Source: Eledone cirrhosa (Eukaryota). From it: DNA of 64,000 bases. Below are positions 11,562 through 24,660 of the stretch, in pieces; the first letter of the stretch is position 1; each line of letters starts with the position of its first letter. The notes below the pieces were generated by a model that worked only from the letters and a program-made list of their open reading frames with translations, did not search any database and was not told the origin of the DNA. The stretch spans positions 282,472,001 to 282,536,000 of the forward strand of contig OZ024743.1 of the NCBI GenBank assembly GCA_964016885.1. The letters are read 5' to 3'. The position numbers and the translations under genes were made by a program.

Positions 11562-14500
11562 CTGAAGAAAAGAGATTTAAATGAAACAGAAAAAATAAAA
11601 TAGATTCTCAGTTACTAATTGATATTGAGTCAACTTATTATTCTGTTTTCTATTGCTCTTAGTTTCTTTATTCTTTCTTTCTTGTTCTTCCAAATAAATT
11701 GCAGTCTTCTAAATAGTATCTAGTACAGCTTTATTGGTTGTGGTTTGTATTGATGTGAAGTTTCTGTTACTAACATTGTGTTTATCGAACCGTTTGAGAT
11801 GTTTGCTCAAGGCATACTTTTTTAAGAACAGCCATTTAATTCATTGTAACTAATTTTAACATCAAACTTCTCTTTGTAAAGCTGGAAGTAATATCAAAAT
11901 ACTCTATTCAAATGAATACAATACTATTAATAAGTTGTAACTAAATATGTTAACATAAACAAAAGGAAGAATGATGAAGAAGAAGGAAACGTTTGTAGTT
12001 AAAGCTTTTGGATTTTATTATTCTTTAATTTTAATATATTTGTGTGAAGTGATCACGTCTCATTTTTAAAATCATTTTAGAAGAATTTAACATTCAACAA
12101 ATCAAATTCATTTGAATGTAAATTTGCTAGTAGTTAATGGTGATATAAATTGAAATCAATAATCTCAAATACATCCTCCTCTCTCCCTCACACTCTCAAA
12201 ATAGCTCCGTACTTTACTGTTGTTATCTTTCAACTTAATGTTCTGGGTCATTGAAGTGGTTTCATGAAAGTATTCAATGTGAAGAGAGAGAGGAGAAAAA
12301 CAGAAAATGCAATTCCACAGTCTACATGCACATAATTAATTATTGTTGTTATTAATATAATATTAGGACAAAATCGTTAGAGCACCAGACAAAGTGCTTT
12401 GTGGCAGTTATTCTGGCTTTTTACATTCTCTGTTCAAATCCTGCCGAGGTTAACTTTGCCTTTTGTTCATAAAATAAAGTACGAGTCAAGTACTGAGGTC
12501 CATTTAAGCGTCTGTCCCCTCCCCTCAAAATTGCTAGCGAAGTCAAGATGGTGGGTTGGAAAAAATAATAGAGTGTCAGACAAAATGTTTAGCAGCATTT
12601 AGTTAAAATATGTTGTATTCGGATCCCGCTGAACATTGTGTGTCGTCCTTCCAGGATCGATAATAAAGGACCAGTCAAGTATTTGGATTGATGTAATAAA
12701 CTTTCCCTTTCTCCTAAATTGCTGCCCTTGTGCAAAATAAGAAATCAGGTTATCTGCTCTTAATAACCTAAAATCTCATTTAAAACTGCTTCATTGAAGA
12801 AGTTTGATGGTTCTGATAAAAAAGCATTAAATCTTACTAGTTTCACTAAAAATAAATGAAAAAATGAAAATAAATATATAAATTTCTCAATAGTGTTGCT
12901 GCCAAAAATTGTGAAAAATAAGTAATTTTCTTAATTTCATATAGTTGTTTGAGAAAGAATCCCTGTAGCATAGCTCTAACATTCAAGATATTGGATACAC
13001 TATCACATACATAATTAATGCTTCAATCACATGCAATATCAAGAATCTTCTCCTCCTCCTTCATCTCATCATCACTCCTTGCCCCCTCTTCTCTATAGAT
13101 GATGTCTTAATCTGCTTGCCAATAATTGTGTTGCAGTGAATTCTGGGGTATTTTTTTTATTACTTCCATCTGTAGGACTAGTTTAACCATATCCATTTGT
13201 GTGTGTGTATTCCCTGGTATCTTAATATTCTGATTTAGTGTTTGGAGAGTCCTATTTTTAATGATGATCTATCATTGGGCTACAGCTATGCCAAGACACT
13301 GCTTGCAAGGATTTTAGTCAATCATATTAACCCTAGTACTTATTTCAGCCTGATATAATTAGTTTATCTACTTCTGTTTATCAGATTGCTAGGTTACATT
13401 TTTATTTGTGAGGGGTACCTAAAAGAATATAACTTAATTGAGTGGTAAACATAAGCGCACACTTTAAACATACACACTTTATCTCTCTCATGCACATATA
13501 TAATACAACACACCTGTGTACAGTTCTGATCTATCAAATTGGAGACACTTAATTGTGGTATTGTGCTGTGGGATCGAACCTGTAACCATGTGTTTACGAT
13601 TTATGTTTTTGAGACCGTAAATACTCTTATTAGTTTATGGTCCAGATTGGTTTATTGATATCAACTATTGTTGTCATTATTGTTTACCCTCAGGTCAGTT
13701 CTAACCAAGCAGACCTATAATATGGGGCATTCCAGCCATTGAATATTCCATTTTAATCTCAAGCATAGTGTATCTAGGACCATAACATTTTGAATGACCA
13801 TATAGAGGTTCCACCTAATTTATACTTTTTGATATCAAACCTTTCCTGGTTCTATGATACAAAACTCTGTTTTAAAGTGTTTTTATTTATGTAAGACTCT
13901 TTGTTAAGCACCAACTTGATAAGAAAGTTAGTTATACTACTAAGTATCTCCAAATTTTTTATTATTTTCAAAATAATTTTGAATTATAGAAGGAGTTAAG
14001 AGAAGGTATAGTAACTGCGATTAGTTTTGGTCTACTCACCAAGTAATCTTTAGTTTAAACATCTCTCCAGCAATTGTGTTCTGGCTCAAAGTAGACACAT
14101 TAGTCATTTTCTTTTTTAGTTTCAGTCAAACCTAGATGCCTCTCACAATTCACAGTTGAGTGATTAGTAATAACTATAGAAAATGTAAAAATAACGGAGA
14201 GGGTTGGGATGGGAAGATACTGTCTATTGGGAAATCATTGTAATATAAAATAAATTGAAGTATTTGTTTTATTCTAAGTACAGTATGTATCCAGTTTAAA
14301 ATAGGTACACCATCTTCATGTTGATAAGTATTTTGTAATTTTTTTTCTTGTAAGATGTGGCTAAAGGGGTTAGTACCAGGATGGACATCTGTCCATAAAA
14401 CATTTCCTCAAAAAGGACCCTATGATGAGTATGATTAAGCTTGTCATTGGGCCTACAATGCTAATCCTGGCTGTAGCAGAAGTAAAGGCCTCGCTTGAAA

Positions 14501-16589
14501 TAATTCTTTTTGATACAGGGAAGGGTTTGTTGATACTTTACTGGTACTATATTTTATTGATGCGAGAAGAGTGAAAGACAATCTCAGCAGGATTTGAATT
14601 CAGAACCTAAAGAGCCATAACAAATACTGAAAGGCATTTTGTCCAATGTTCTGATTCTGCCAATTCACAATCCTTATCTAACTTCAAATAATAATTGTTT
14701 CTACTTTTGGCACAAGGCCAGCAATTACACAGTACATTACTGGTACTTTATTTTATCGACCCCGTATGGATGAAAGGCAAAGTTAACCTCGGCGGGATTT
14801 GAACTCAGATCATAAAGGGACATAACTATGCTGGAAAGCATGTCCGAGCTTCTACCGATACTTCCAGTACATTGATAGTAACATTTTTGACTGAATAGAT
14901 GACTGATCGTTTACTGTATTTCTTTCTCTGTTATGATTTCACTAGTCTATTATCATATCCAGGGGAAATTGATATACTTAATTAAAATATACTTAACATT
15001 ATTCCTGCACATTATTGTTTACCACCTGGCTTCTATGAAATAATAAAGTTTAAGAGAAAATTCATTCCCTTTTAAAATTCTCAACATCCTGTTATTATTT
15101 AACAAAAAATATTTGAAAGTAGGTTTGTTACTTCAAATGTTTATAAGTGTCTTTACTAGTGAGTAGAACTGTGAAAATGTATAGTTTATAAAGGCTTTAA
15201 TAGTTAATATGCTGCAGTCATAGTGTTTTGTACTTTTCAAGAGTGCCTTACTAATGAAGTTTTATGTAGTACAAGATGTTAAGAGTTAATGAATAAATTA
15301 TCTCTCTAAAACAATTTTTGTTTCATTTAATGTCTTAGTAAAATTAGGTGCTTGTGATTGTCCATAAAATGTTGGTATGTGTTCAGATAGTGTTCCATGA
15401 CAAAATAAGTTTAGGAACCACAGCTGTACATCCAAAAATGCAGTAAATACCACAGATATGTGTGGCTTAATGGTTATGGTGCTGGACTAATGGTCATAAG
15501 ATTGTAGGTTCAATTCCTGTACTGGGTGGTGCATTATGTTCTTGAGAGCAAGAAGCTTCAGTTCACATTGTTATTTATGATCAGATTGGGGCTCCTAACA
15601 TTAAAACTTCTGAGAATCCATCTCTTTGGAGGTTAGCTAAACCCACATAGATGTGAGATGCTACAAGAACACAGTATTTTTTTTCTAAACTACAAAAAGA
15701 TACACAATAGTTTGATAAAGCACTGATACTTAAAGAAAGATATGCTTTTTTTAAAGAAAAGGATTGATTTTCTCGCTATATCTTTGAACTATTTAAGTTA
15801 ACTGAGAATTCTATTTTTAACTACAGAGAACATGTTTAAAGATGAAATTCAATAAATGTAAATTCAGTAGTTGACAAATTCTTGAAGACAATTGTATCAG
15901 TCTTCATTAAAGTTGTTAAGAGATCTTTGTGTGTGTCTGTTGTATTCTAAACATCAAATTGCTTGCTTAATTTGATTGATAATAGCACACAATTAACAAA
16001 CTAACACCATTATTCTTGTTTTATAAGCACTAACGTTCAACCTAGTTCAAAGTGTACTTTATTTTGATTGATCAATATGAAGAGAGTTTTTAGTCTGTAA
16101 TTAGTTAATTGCTGGCGCACTTCTATATATACATTTATTTTATTGAAATAATAATAATTAAAAATATTTAACTTTGCACACTCATTCATCACATGATGGT
16201 ATGGGGTGGGAACGGGGTGATTAATTAATTGGCAGTAGGAAGCAATTCAAATATATATTAAAAGTCATATAAATGTTGTTGTTTTGTGTGTGTGTGTGTG
16301 TGTGTGTGTGTTTAATTTATAAATATACCTACTTAATAGAAGTGAAAAATCTGGCTTGTATGTATTTGTATATGTACAACTGTAAGTAATTAATGTTTAT
16401 TTTTAAAATGAAAATATTTTTACACATGAAGTATTTCTAAGCATCTAATCTTATGCTAGTCTTTAAATTGCATCTGAATTTGTTTTTTTTCTTCTTTTTC
16501 TTCATAATGACCATCATCATCACCATCATAATTGTCAGTAGATACTATAAAAAAGTGTAGATAGAAAAATTCTGCTCTAAATTTATTAA

Positions 16590-17015
16590 AAGACAAATTG
16601 GCAATCATTAGACCATAGGAAAAATGCTTTGTGATTTTTGTTCCAGTTCTCTATGTTCTGAGTTAAAGTCCTGCTGAGGTCAACTTTGCCACTCACCCTT
16701 TTGGAATAGATAAAATAAAGTACCAGTCCAAGGTGATGGATTGGTAGAATTGTTAGTGCGTCAGATGAGATGCCCTTTGATATTTGCCAAGGCTCTTTGT
16801 GTTCTGAGTCCAAATCCTAGTGTCCTACTTGAGTGGTAGACTTAATCTGTTGTCCACTTGAACACCACCACCTAGTACTTTGGGTGTCTTTTTGCAGAGT
16901 TCACTCTGTTGTATCTATTTGAGGCTAGGTTTCTGATTTGAGGATACCTTCCTCTTTCCCTCCCACCAATCTTGGAAGCCCCAGAAAGAGTCAAGGGCAC
17001 AGCCTTTCCCCTTTT
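16590..17015 (+). mobile_element. Dimeric/composite SINE: tRNA head + central domain + second tRNA head + distinct body
   Basis: Same architecture at 54385-54790 and (truncated) 19178-19370; body alone at ~9025-9210. Confidence 0.6.
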
Positions 17016-17324
17016 TAGTGCAGAGTAAACAGTATGTATATATATTAAAAAAAGAGCCATTATATAACTCTTTACTTCATGAACAAAGTTTTGTTTTTCT
17101 CCTATGTTTATTGAGCTTTATCTAAAAGTCCATCTTGGAATTCTCTGGTGATCAAATTACAAATGTATTATTTGCTGCATTTGTCATCTTAACTAACCAT
17201 CTATTGTTGTTGACTAATTTTCTTGGCTGTTGCATTCTTCCTCTCTGAAACAAACATATGTTTTGATAATAGTTGATGTTGACAAGTGAAAGTGAGGTGG
17301 GTACAAGAAAGAAAAGCAATAACA

Positions 17325-17698
17325 ACTAAAAGAACCCCCTCCCCATACCATATCATCCAGTGAATAAAGCTAACTTGCTATTGGATAGAAGACATTTTTT
17401 TTAATGCTTAGATAATTGGGTAAATAGCGAAAAAATGGAATATCTATTTATAAATATATGTAGTTTTTTAATAGTAATTATGTTATCTTATCTCTTTTGG
17501 TTTTGCGTTCATTTTAATAGATCCTGCAAGGAACTGATGTATTTTAGAAATGCTTGTTATTGTATCAGGTTTAATCCTTTCATTACCATTTTTTCTAATG
17601 AAAGACACTGCCTATGATTTTCAAATAATTTTGAAAATCATCAAGAATTTCAAAGGATTTAGTAATATACCCATGCTAGCGTAGAAAATGGACGTTAA

Positions 17699-17735
<37 letters not shown>

Positions 17736-18154
17736 CTCATTATTTACTTCATTAAGTATTTCATTAAGCATAACTTAAATACTAAAAGAACCCCCTCCCC
17801 ATACCATATCATCCAGTGAATAAAGCTAACTTGCTATTGGATAGAAGACATTTTTTTTAATGCTTAGATAATTGGGTAAATAGCGAAAAAATGGAATATC
17901 TATTTATAAATATATGTAGTTTTTTAATAGTAATTATGTTATCTTATCTCTTTTGGTTTTGCGTTCATTTTAATAGATCCTGCAAGGAACTGATGTATTT
18001 TAGAAATGCTTGTTATTGTATCAGGTTTAATCCTTTCATTACCATTTTTTCTAATGAAAGACACTGCCTATGATTTTCAAATAATTTTGAAAATCATCAA
18101 GAATTTCAAAGGATTTAGTAATATACCCATGCTAGCGTAGAAAATGGACGTTAA

Positions 18155-18194
<40 letters not shown>

Positions 18195-18237
18195 CTCATT
18201 ATTTACTTCATTAAGTATTTCATTAAGCATAACTTAA
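17325..18237 (+). repeat. Near-perfect 456-bp tandem duplication (17325-17778 / 17781-18237)
   Basis: Identical spurious ORFs offset by 456 bp; by eye the units differ only in (GAT)11 vs (GAT)12; 2-bp 'at' junction. Confidence 0.95.
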
Positions 18238-21200
18238 CAAAGGTTCTTATGTAAAATTATATAATGTTTTTAGATAAACATTTTAAAACCAAGAGATTTG
18301 TATTGTAGAACCAGCAACAATTTTCAGATGGACTGATATCAAAAGGGTTAATGTGATGTATCTTTGTCAACTGCTGATTTTGTTGTTGTTTACACTCTGG
18401 TTAGGAGGAGCCAATCTGTAATCAAAAGCATGCCAGCCATAACCAACCAATCATTTTTAGATATCTAGTACCCCTGATTATCTAGTGTGTCCTTTTAAAA
18501 AATAAAATAAAGGCAGGATGTGATTTGAAAGCCATTTTGCTACTATTTCTAGAGATGTCCTTGTTGGTTCAGCCACAACTGATTAGAATATTTAGGTGTT
18601 GTTTATTAGATTGGCTGTTCTTTGTCCATTTGTAGTTAACCCTTTAACCTTTTTATACAAGCTGTTAGAGTTCAACAACCATTTAATTCTTCCTGTAAAC
18701 ATATTTGATAGAAATCAATTTCTTTATTATATAATTTTCAATTAATCTAATTGATTGTGCTAAGAAAAAAAAGGGGGGAGGGGAAGAAAAATTCACAAAA
18801 ACCATATAGTCTTTTATTGATTATTATTACTGTTGTTGTTATTATTATTATCATCATATCCTATATTTTAAAAATCATTTTAAAGTTAAATTTTTGTTGT
18901 AACCAGGCTAAATGAAACCATTTCAGACTATACAAAGTATGTGTTTTTATATATTTTTAGACAAAGCTCTTTAAAACAGAAAGCACTAAAATATCTCTGA
19001 CTTGGTGATAACAAACTTACACCTCAAAATCTATAAATATATCATGGTTTCTTTCTCAGTTTTTCTATTATAGAAGATGACAACGGCTAAGGAAATTTAT
19101 TTAACATAGGTGAAAAAAGAACTAGGCTCTATGGTTTAAAGTTTTGTATGAACTTTAACTTTGCTAAAGACACGCATGGTGGCAGAGTCATTAGAGCATC
19201 AGATTAAATCTCTTGCAGTATTTGTTCAAGCTATCTGCACACTGAGTTCAAATACTGTTGAGGTTAACTTTGCCTTTCATCTTTTCAGGACCACTATTTT
19301 TAGTACCAGTCTAGAATGGTGGATTGGCAGATTTGTTAGAGCATCAAATGGGATGCCTTGCAGTATCTATTAGTAGTGTGATATCACTGAGACCTCCTAT
19401 CATTACATCACCCCTGTAACCTATGAGATGCAAGCTCACTGAAAACCAGCCTAACCTATGCATATGTAAGCTGTAACAATAAGGAAACTTTATTGAAGAA
19501 GCACACAGTTAAATAAACCTAACATAGGTGGGAAAGGAACTGAGGCCTGGTTGAAATGTTTCCAACAAAGTTAACTCTGTTAAAGACACTCAATGACAAT
19601 TTGGTGAATCTCTAAAAGGAAAGCAGCTTTAAAGGCAAAATGTTTGGCAAACCAAATTCACAGTTAGAACTTGATGTACTATTAATTAACTTAAAACCAA
19701 GAAATAATATCAACTAGCAATCCATCATTTTTTTTTTAAAGAGTCCTAAAATATTTTAAGTGAAGGAGGGAAGAACAATAGAAACTAGAACCCTGCAAAT
19801 TATCTGGAATCAAGAAAATATAATTTGAAGAATACTGAGTGAAATCATTCGCTTCAATAATTATCTATCTGGAATGAAGATCTTGATCTTTGTTGTGCAT
19901 TGTCATTATTTTTTGTGAAATTCAAGTATCAAATTTATTGATGATCAAAATCAAACCAATGAAACAAATATTTGTTTAGAATATCTGATAATTCTCCAAA
20001 AATAGTACTTCTGTCTACATAGCTAACTCATCCCCAATCACTATTTCTTTAATTAAAAGTTCCAAGCCTATAAGAACAAACAAAATAGCTGCAGAGATTG
20101 CATTTTTTTTTTTATAGTTACAAACTGAATTTGCAAACAACTTTCTGTTATCATCTAGAACCTCTTTAATATATAATAGCAGAGGTAAGGAAAAATACCT
20201 TAATAGTGCATTCCGAATACAATTATTGAATTGGATTTGGGTTTTAAATACAGTCCACTTCAATCTGTCCAAAATTTTACACCGATCTTGGAGTTATCTT
20301 TATTGCTTGATGTTAGATTTTAAACACCTGCAAAAAGGCTTTTCTTTCTTCTTTTTCTCTTTTTGGCTGGATGGCGCAGGGGGGGGGGGGTATTAATAAT
20401 TTGGATAACCTTTGTTTACCACAGTATTTCTACTTCTGTTTACATATGTGAAACTTTACCATTATAATTTATATAGATTTCTAACACTGGCACAAGGGCA
20501 CAAGTTTTGAGGGTACAGTCAGCTAAATTGAACCCAGTACTTGACTGCTATCTTATTTTTGAAAGGCGAAAGGCAAAGTTGACTTATGTGGGATTTAAAC
20601 TTAGAAAGCAAAGCAGCTTAATCCTCCTGAAACTGTCCCTAGTTCTATGATGCAAGCGTTTGTTTTTTAAAGCGTTTATATTTACATTAAAACCTTCCAT
20701 CATAATTTTATGTATGAGCTTTTTCATAAAGCAATACTCCAAACATCAACCTAATAGTGACAAAGTTAGTTATTTTACTAAATCACTACACATTTTTTTT
20801 ATTATTTTCAAAATTAATAACAACACATTAGCTGTGTATTTCATTAGAAATATAGTAACAAAAGGGCAAACAAAATGCATAAGGCATTTGTATCATTTTA
20901 TCATTTCTGCCAATTCCCTCCTTGCTCTTGATATTACCAATGTTGTTGGGGAAAGCATTGGCATCATATTTTTTTATTATTTTCCTTGTCTTATAAATGG
21001 GAGGCATCATGCCTTTTGTAACAGTTCATTCACCTGTTTAAAGGTTCATTCCCCTTTTCTATATACATTTCAACTGCTTGCCTCTCTAAGGAATCTAAGC
21101 AAAGCAATTAATTATAACATTTATATAATGCTTTGTCTGACTCTGTTTTCTTCACTTTATCTGGTTTCTATTTCAACTCATTGAAATATGAGATATTGAA

Positions 21201-22276
21201 GATAATAAATTCACCAGAAACTCTAGAGAGCCACAAATATTTGATTTCATTCAAACAGATATATTTATTTGATCCAGAATAACTTCACTTCCAGATGAAA
21301 ACCTTACTGTAATGAAGTAGTAGTAGTAGTAGCAGTAGCAGCAGCAGGTCAATAGTTTCACATTTCTAGTTCAACTATTTGAACCAGTAGATAAATATTT
21401 GAATCCAGAGATAGAAGATGACAGAATCAATGGAGCATCAACCAAATTATCATTATGTTCCCTTTGTGTACTGAAGGAGGAGGAGGTGGGGCATATAATT
21501 GACTCTACCCTTGAAGGCAGTGTGTCCCAGCATGGCGATTGGTTGTCTAATGACTGAAACCAGTAAAAAAAAAAAAAAAATGCTTCATGATTTAAGTTAT
21601 TCAATACTAATAATAGTACAATGAAGATGCATGACCTAGTGGTTAGAGTGTTGGGCCAAGCAGTACATTGTATTTTTTAACAAAATGCTTCATATCATGT
21701 TGCAGTTCATGATAGAACTGGGGTTCCTATCATTAAAACCCCCAGATGCAGCCCTATAGGAAGCCAGCTACTTGGATAGGTGCAAGCTGTGAATTTAATT
21801 TTTTATTAGCATTAGTTCCTGACCATGCTCAGGTTTTATTATTTAAGATAAATACAATCACATGGATTCACTATTTCACTTTCACATTTCTCATGAAAGA
21901 CACTGCCTATGATTTTCAAATAATTTTGAATATAATGGTGTTTAGAGCATAAAGTTATGTTGGATGGCTTTAGTTTTAGAGGGTACACCCTTTGTGTACT
22001 GAAGGAGGTTTTAACAATTATTTTATATCTGCTGTCCATGCTGGCATGGGTTAGAAGTTAAACACTTTAAAACAGATAGTTTTTTTTATAATAGAATCAA
22101 GAACAGTTTCAGGCAGTTTAGTAGCAACATATGTAAATAAACAATTAATCTTTTTCATATCAACCCATCCAAAACTGCTTTTGGTTCTATTAAACAAAAT
22201 CATCCATTTTAAAGGATTTCTTTTTAAATTAAAACCCTTCCAAACATAATTTTGTTATAAATACCATCTTAATAAT

Positions 22277-22465
22277 TGTTTCTACTTTTGGCACAAGGCC
22301 AGCAATTATCCCAGTGTATTACTGGTACTTTATTTTATTGACCCCGTAAGGATGAAAGGCAAAGTTAATCTCAGCGAGATTTGAACTCAGACCATAAAGG
22401 GCCGTAACTCTTTGCTGCAAAGCATGGAATCCGACCCTCTACCGATACTGCCAACCCATTTCCCT
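22277..22465 (-). mobile_element. Short tRNA-derived SINE nested in a MITE A copy (22146-22575), 16-bp TSD
   Basis: TSD ataccatcttaataat at 22261-22276 and 22466-22481; body gagttcaaatctcgctgagattaactttgcctttcatccttacggggtcaataaaataaagtaccag. Confidence 0.9.
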
Positions 22466-24660
22466 ATACCATCTTAATAATGACATCTAATAATCTTACT
22501 AAATCCTTCTAAATTTTTCATTAATTAATTGAAAAACAGTGTATGTCAATAGAAATCTGGTTACAAAAGGGTTAAGTATCATATGGGTGTCACCAGGTGT
22601 GTCCTTAATTCTATGCAGAGCTGTCAGATTTCAAACATACTTCACAGCCAAATATATATTGGAAAAAACTGATCAGATTTGACTTAATTTTATGACACAT
22701 CTAAAGATTATTGTCAACACACAGTTTGGAACCTTTGATATAAACATACATAGAACTTGAAATAAGATTTTACACTAACATTTTCTGGGAAAACATTCTG
22801 TTTTCAAAATACTGTGCTAATTTACACAATTACTATGTTTCTAATCAGTAGTTTTCTCCATTATCTGTTGTAGTGTTTGGTATACAGTTTTCTTAGGTTT
22901 TCTGTCAGCTACTGAAAAGAAAAAAATTCAGTAAAAATCACACAACCTTTTTATTACCTTTCACCATAAAAATGTGTACTTCAATGTAAAATGTCATCTA
23001 ACTAGGTGTAAAACTATATCCTATAATTTGGGAACACACATACATTTTATATATTAACTCTTAACATCATCTACTATATGGAACCACATTAGCAAGACAT
23101 TCTTGAAAAGTATGAAACAGCCCTATGACTGCAACATATTCAAAATTAAAGTCTATTTTAATGCTATATATTTTCACAATCTATCCACTACTAAACATAC
23201 TACAAATGTTTGAATTACAAACTTGTTATTAAATATTTTCTGCTAAATCATTACAAGATGTTAAAAGTTAATATACCCACATAAACATTATCCTTAAAAT
23301 GCTATGTTAAGTAAATAATTGTTTTTATTGATTTATATTGAAAGAGAAAAGCTAAATACTGAAAGGCATTTATTGTGATTGTCTTAAAAAAAATCATTTA
23401 GACATTCTTAAATAAGAATTAGTGCAGTATCTTTATATATATTAGTGTAAGTTCACTCTTAAATTGCAACTTGTAATCCATATGGTTATTTAATAATGGA
23501 AAATAAATTTATTCACTATTTTGGCTTTAAAAATCCCCAAACTTTAACCAAAAAGTTTGAATTGTGAAGTAAAATGTAAATAACAATGAAACTATGAAGT
23601 ATTAATGATGTACAGTGCTGCAAGGATGTATGCACTGCATTATTGAAATCTTAAAGATGCAGATTAAAATGCTTTGTAGCTTATATAGTATAACTCTTTC
23701 ATATGTGTAAAGGGTAAGAGATTTTACATTGACATCTTGACAGCAGCCACAATACAGAAGCAAAGCTTTCAATAGAAATGTTGATATCTTATATAGTAAA
23801 GAAGGAATTTTTTCAGCTTGTGCAACCACACATTAACAATTGTCATAAACTTCTTGGCTGTCAGTTTCTTGTCCGATTTCACTGTCCAAAGACACTGAAT
23901 TGGCAGAAGTGTTAGTTTGTATTTTGAGTTCAAATATTGCTGTGACCTATTAGTAAACATGGAAAAGATTGGAGCCACATATTGCACACAGCCCTAGTTA
24001 TTCATGGATGGAATTAGAACAATCTATGGTTTTCAATCGGCTGAAAGTAGATGATACCTGAAGATAAATGTCCAAATAGATTTGGTATTGGTTTCAGTTT
24101 AATTCTTTTGATACCAACCCAGCCAAAACCATCTCTGGTTCTATGAAAAAAAAAAATAATAATTTTAAAGGATTCCTATTTAAATTAAAATCTTCCAACA
24201 TAACCTGACATAAGTACCATTTAAATTGTGTTACAAATGCTATCTTAAAAATGAAATTATAATTTTAGTAATTTAGTAAATCCTTCTAAACTCTCATTAA
24301 CTATTTTTTTAAAAATATATTTACAAAAGGGTTAATTATTGTCATCATTATTTCAAATTTTTCACTTCTAAATTAGAGCTCATGAAAGCTAAACTATTAA
24401 ATAAATTTATTTTCTCTAACTTCACATGCTTAAACAACTTGAAGTGATATATTTCACTGACTTATATATTTCACTGACTTATAAGTACTGATATGTCAGT
24501 ACTTCCAACTAAATCTGTCAGTACTATTATTACTAGAAATAAATGTTACATCTATAATAGATTGCTTCTCTGATTTTCTTCCATAGCTTATCGGGCAATT
24601 GTCTTATGAATCATATAAATACTGTGCTTATAATAGATTACGTCTTATATTTTGTTCCAT

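Noticed and set aside
20660-21184. 174-aa ORF
   Set aside because: Starts within a MITE A copy, runs through AT-rich DNA, and has no recognisable domain or splice support.
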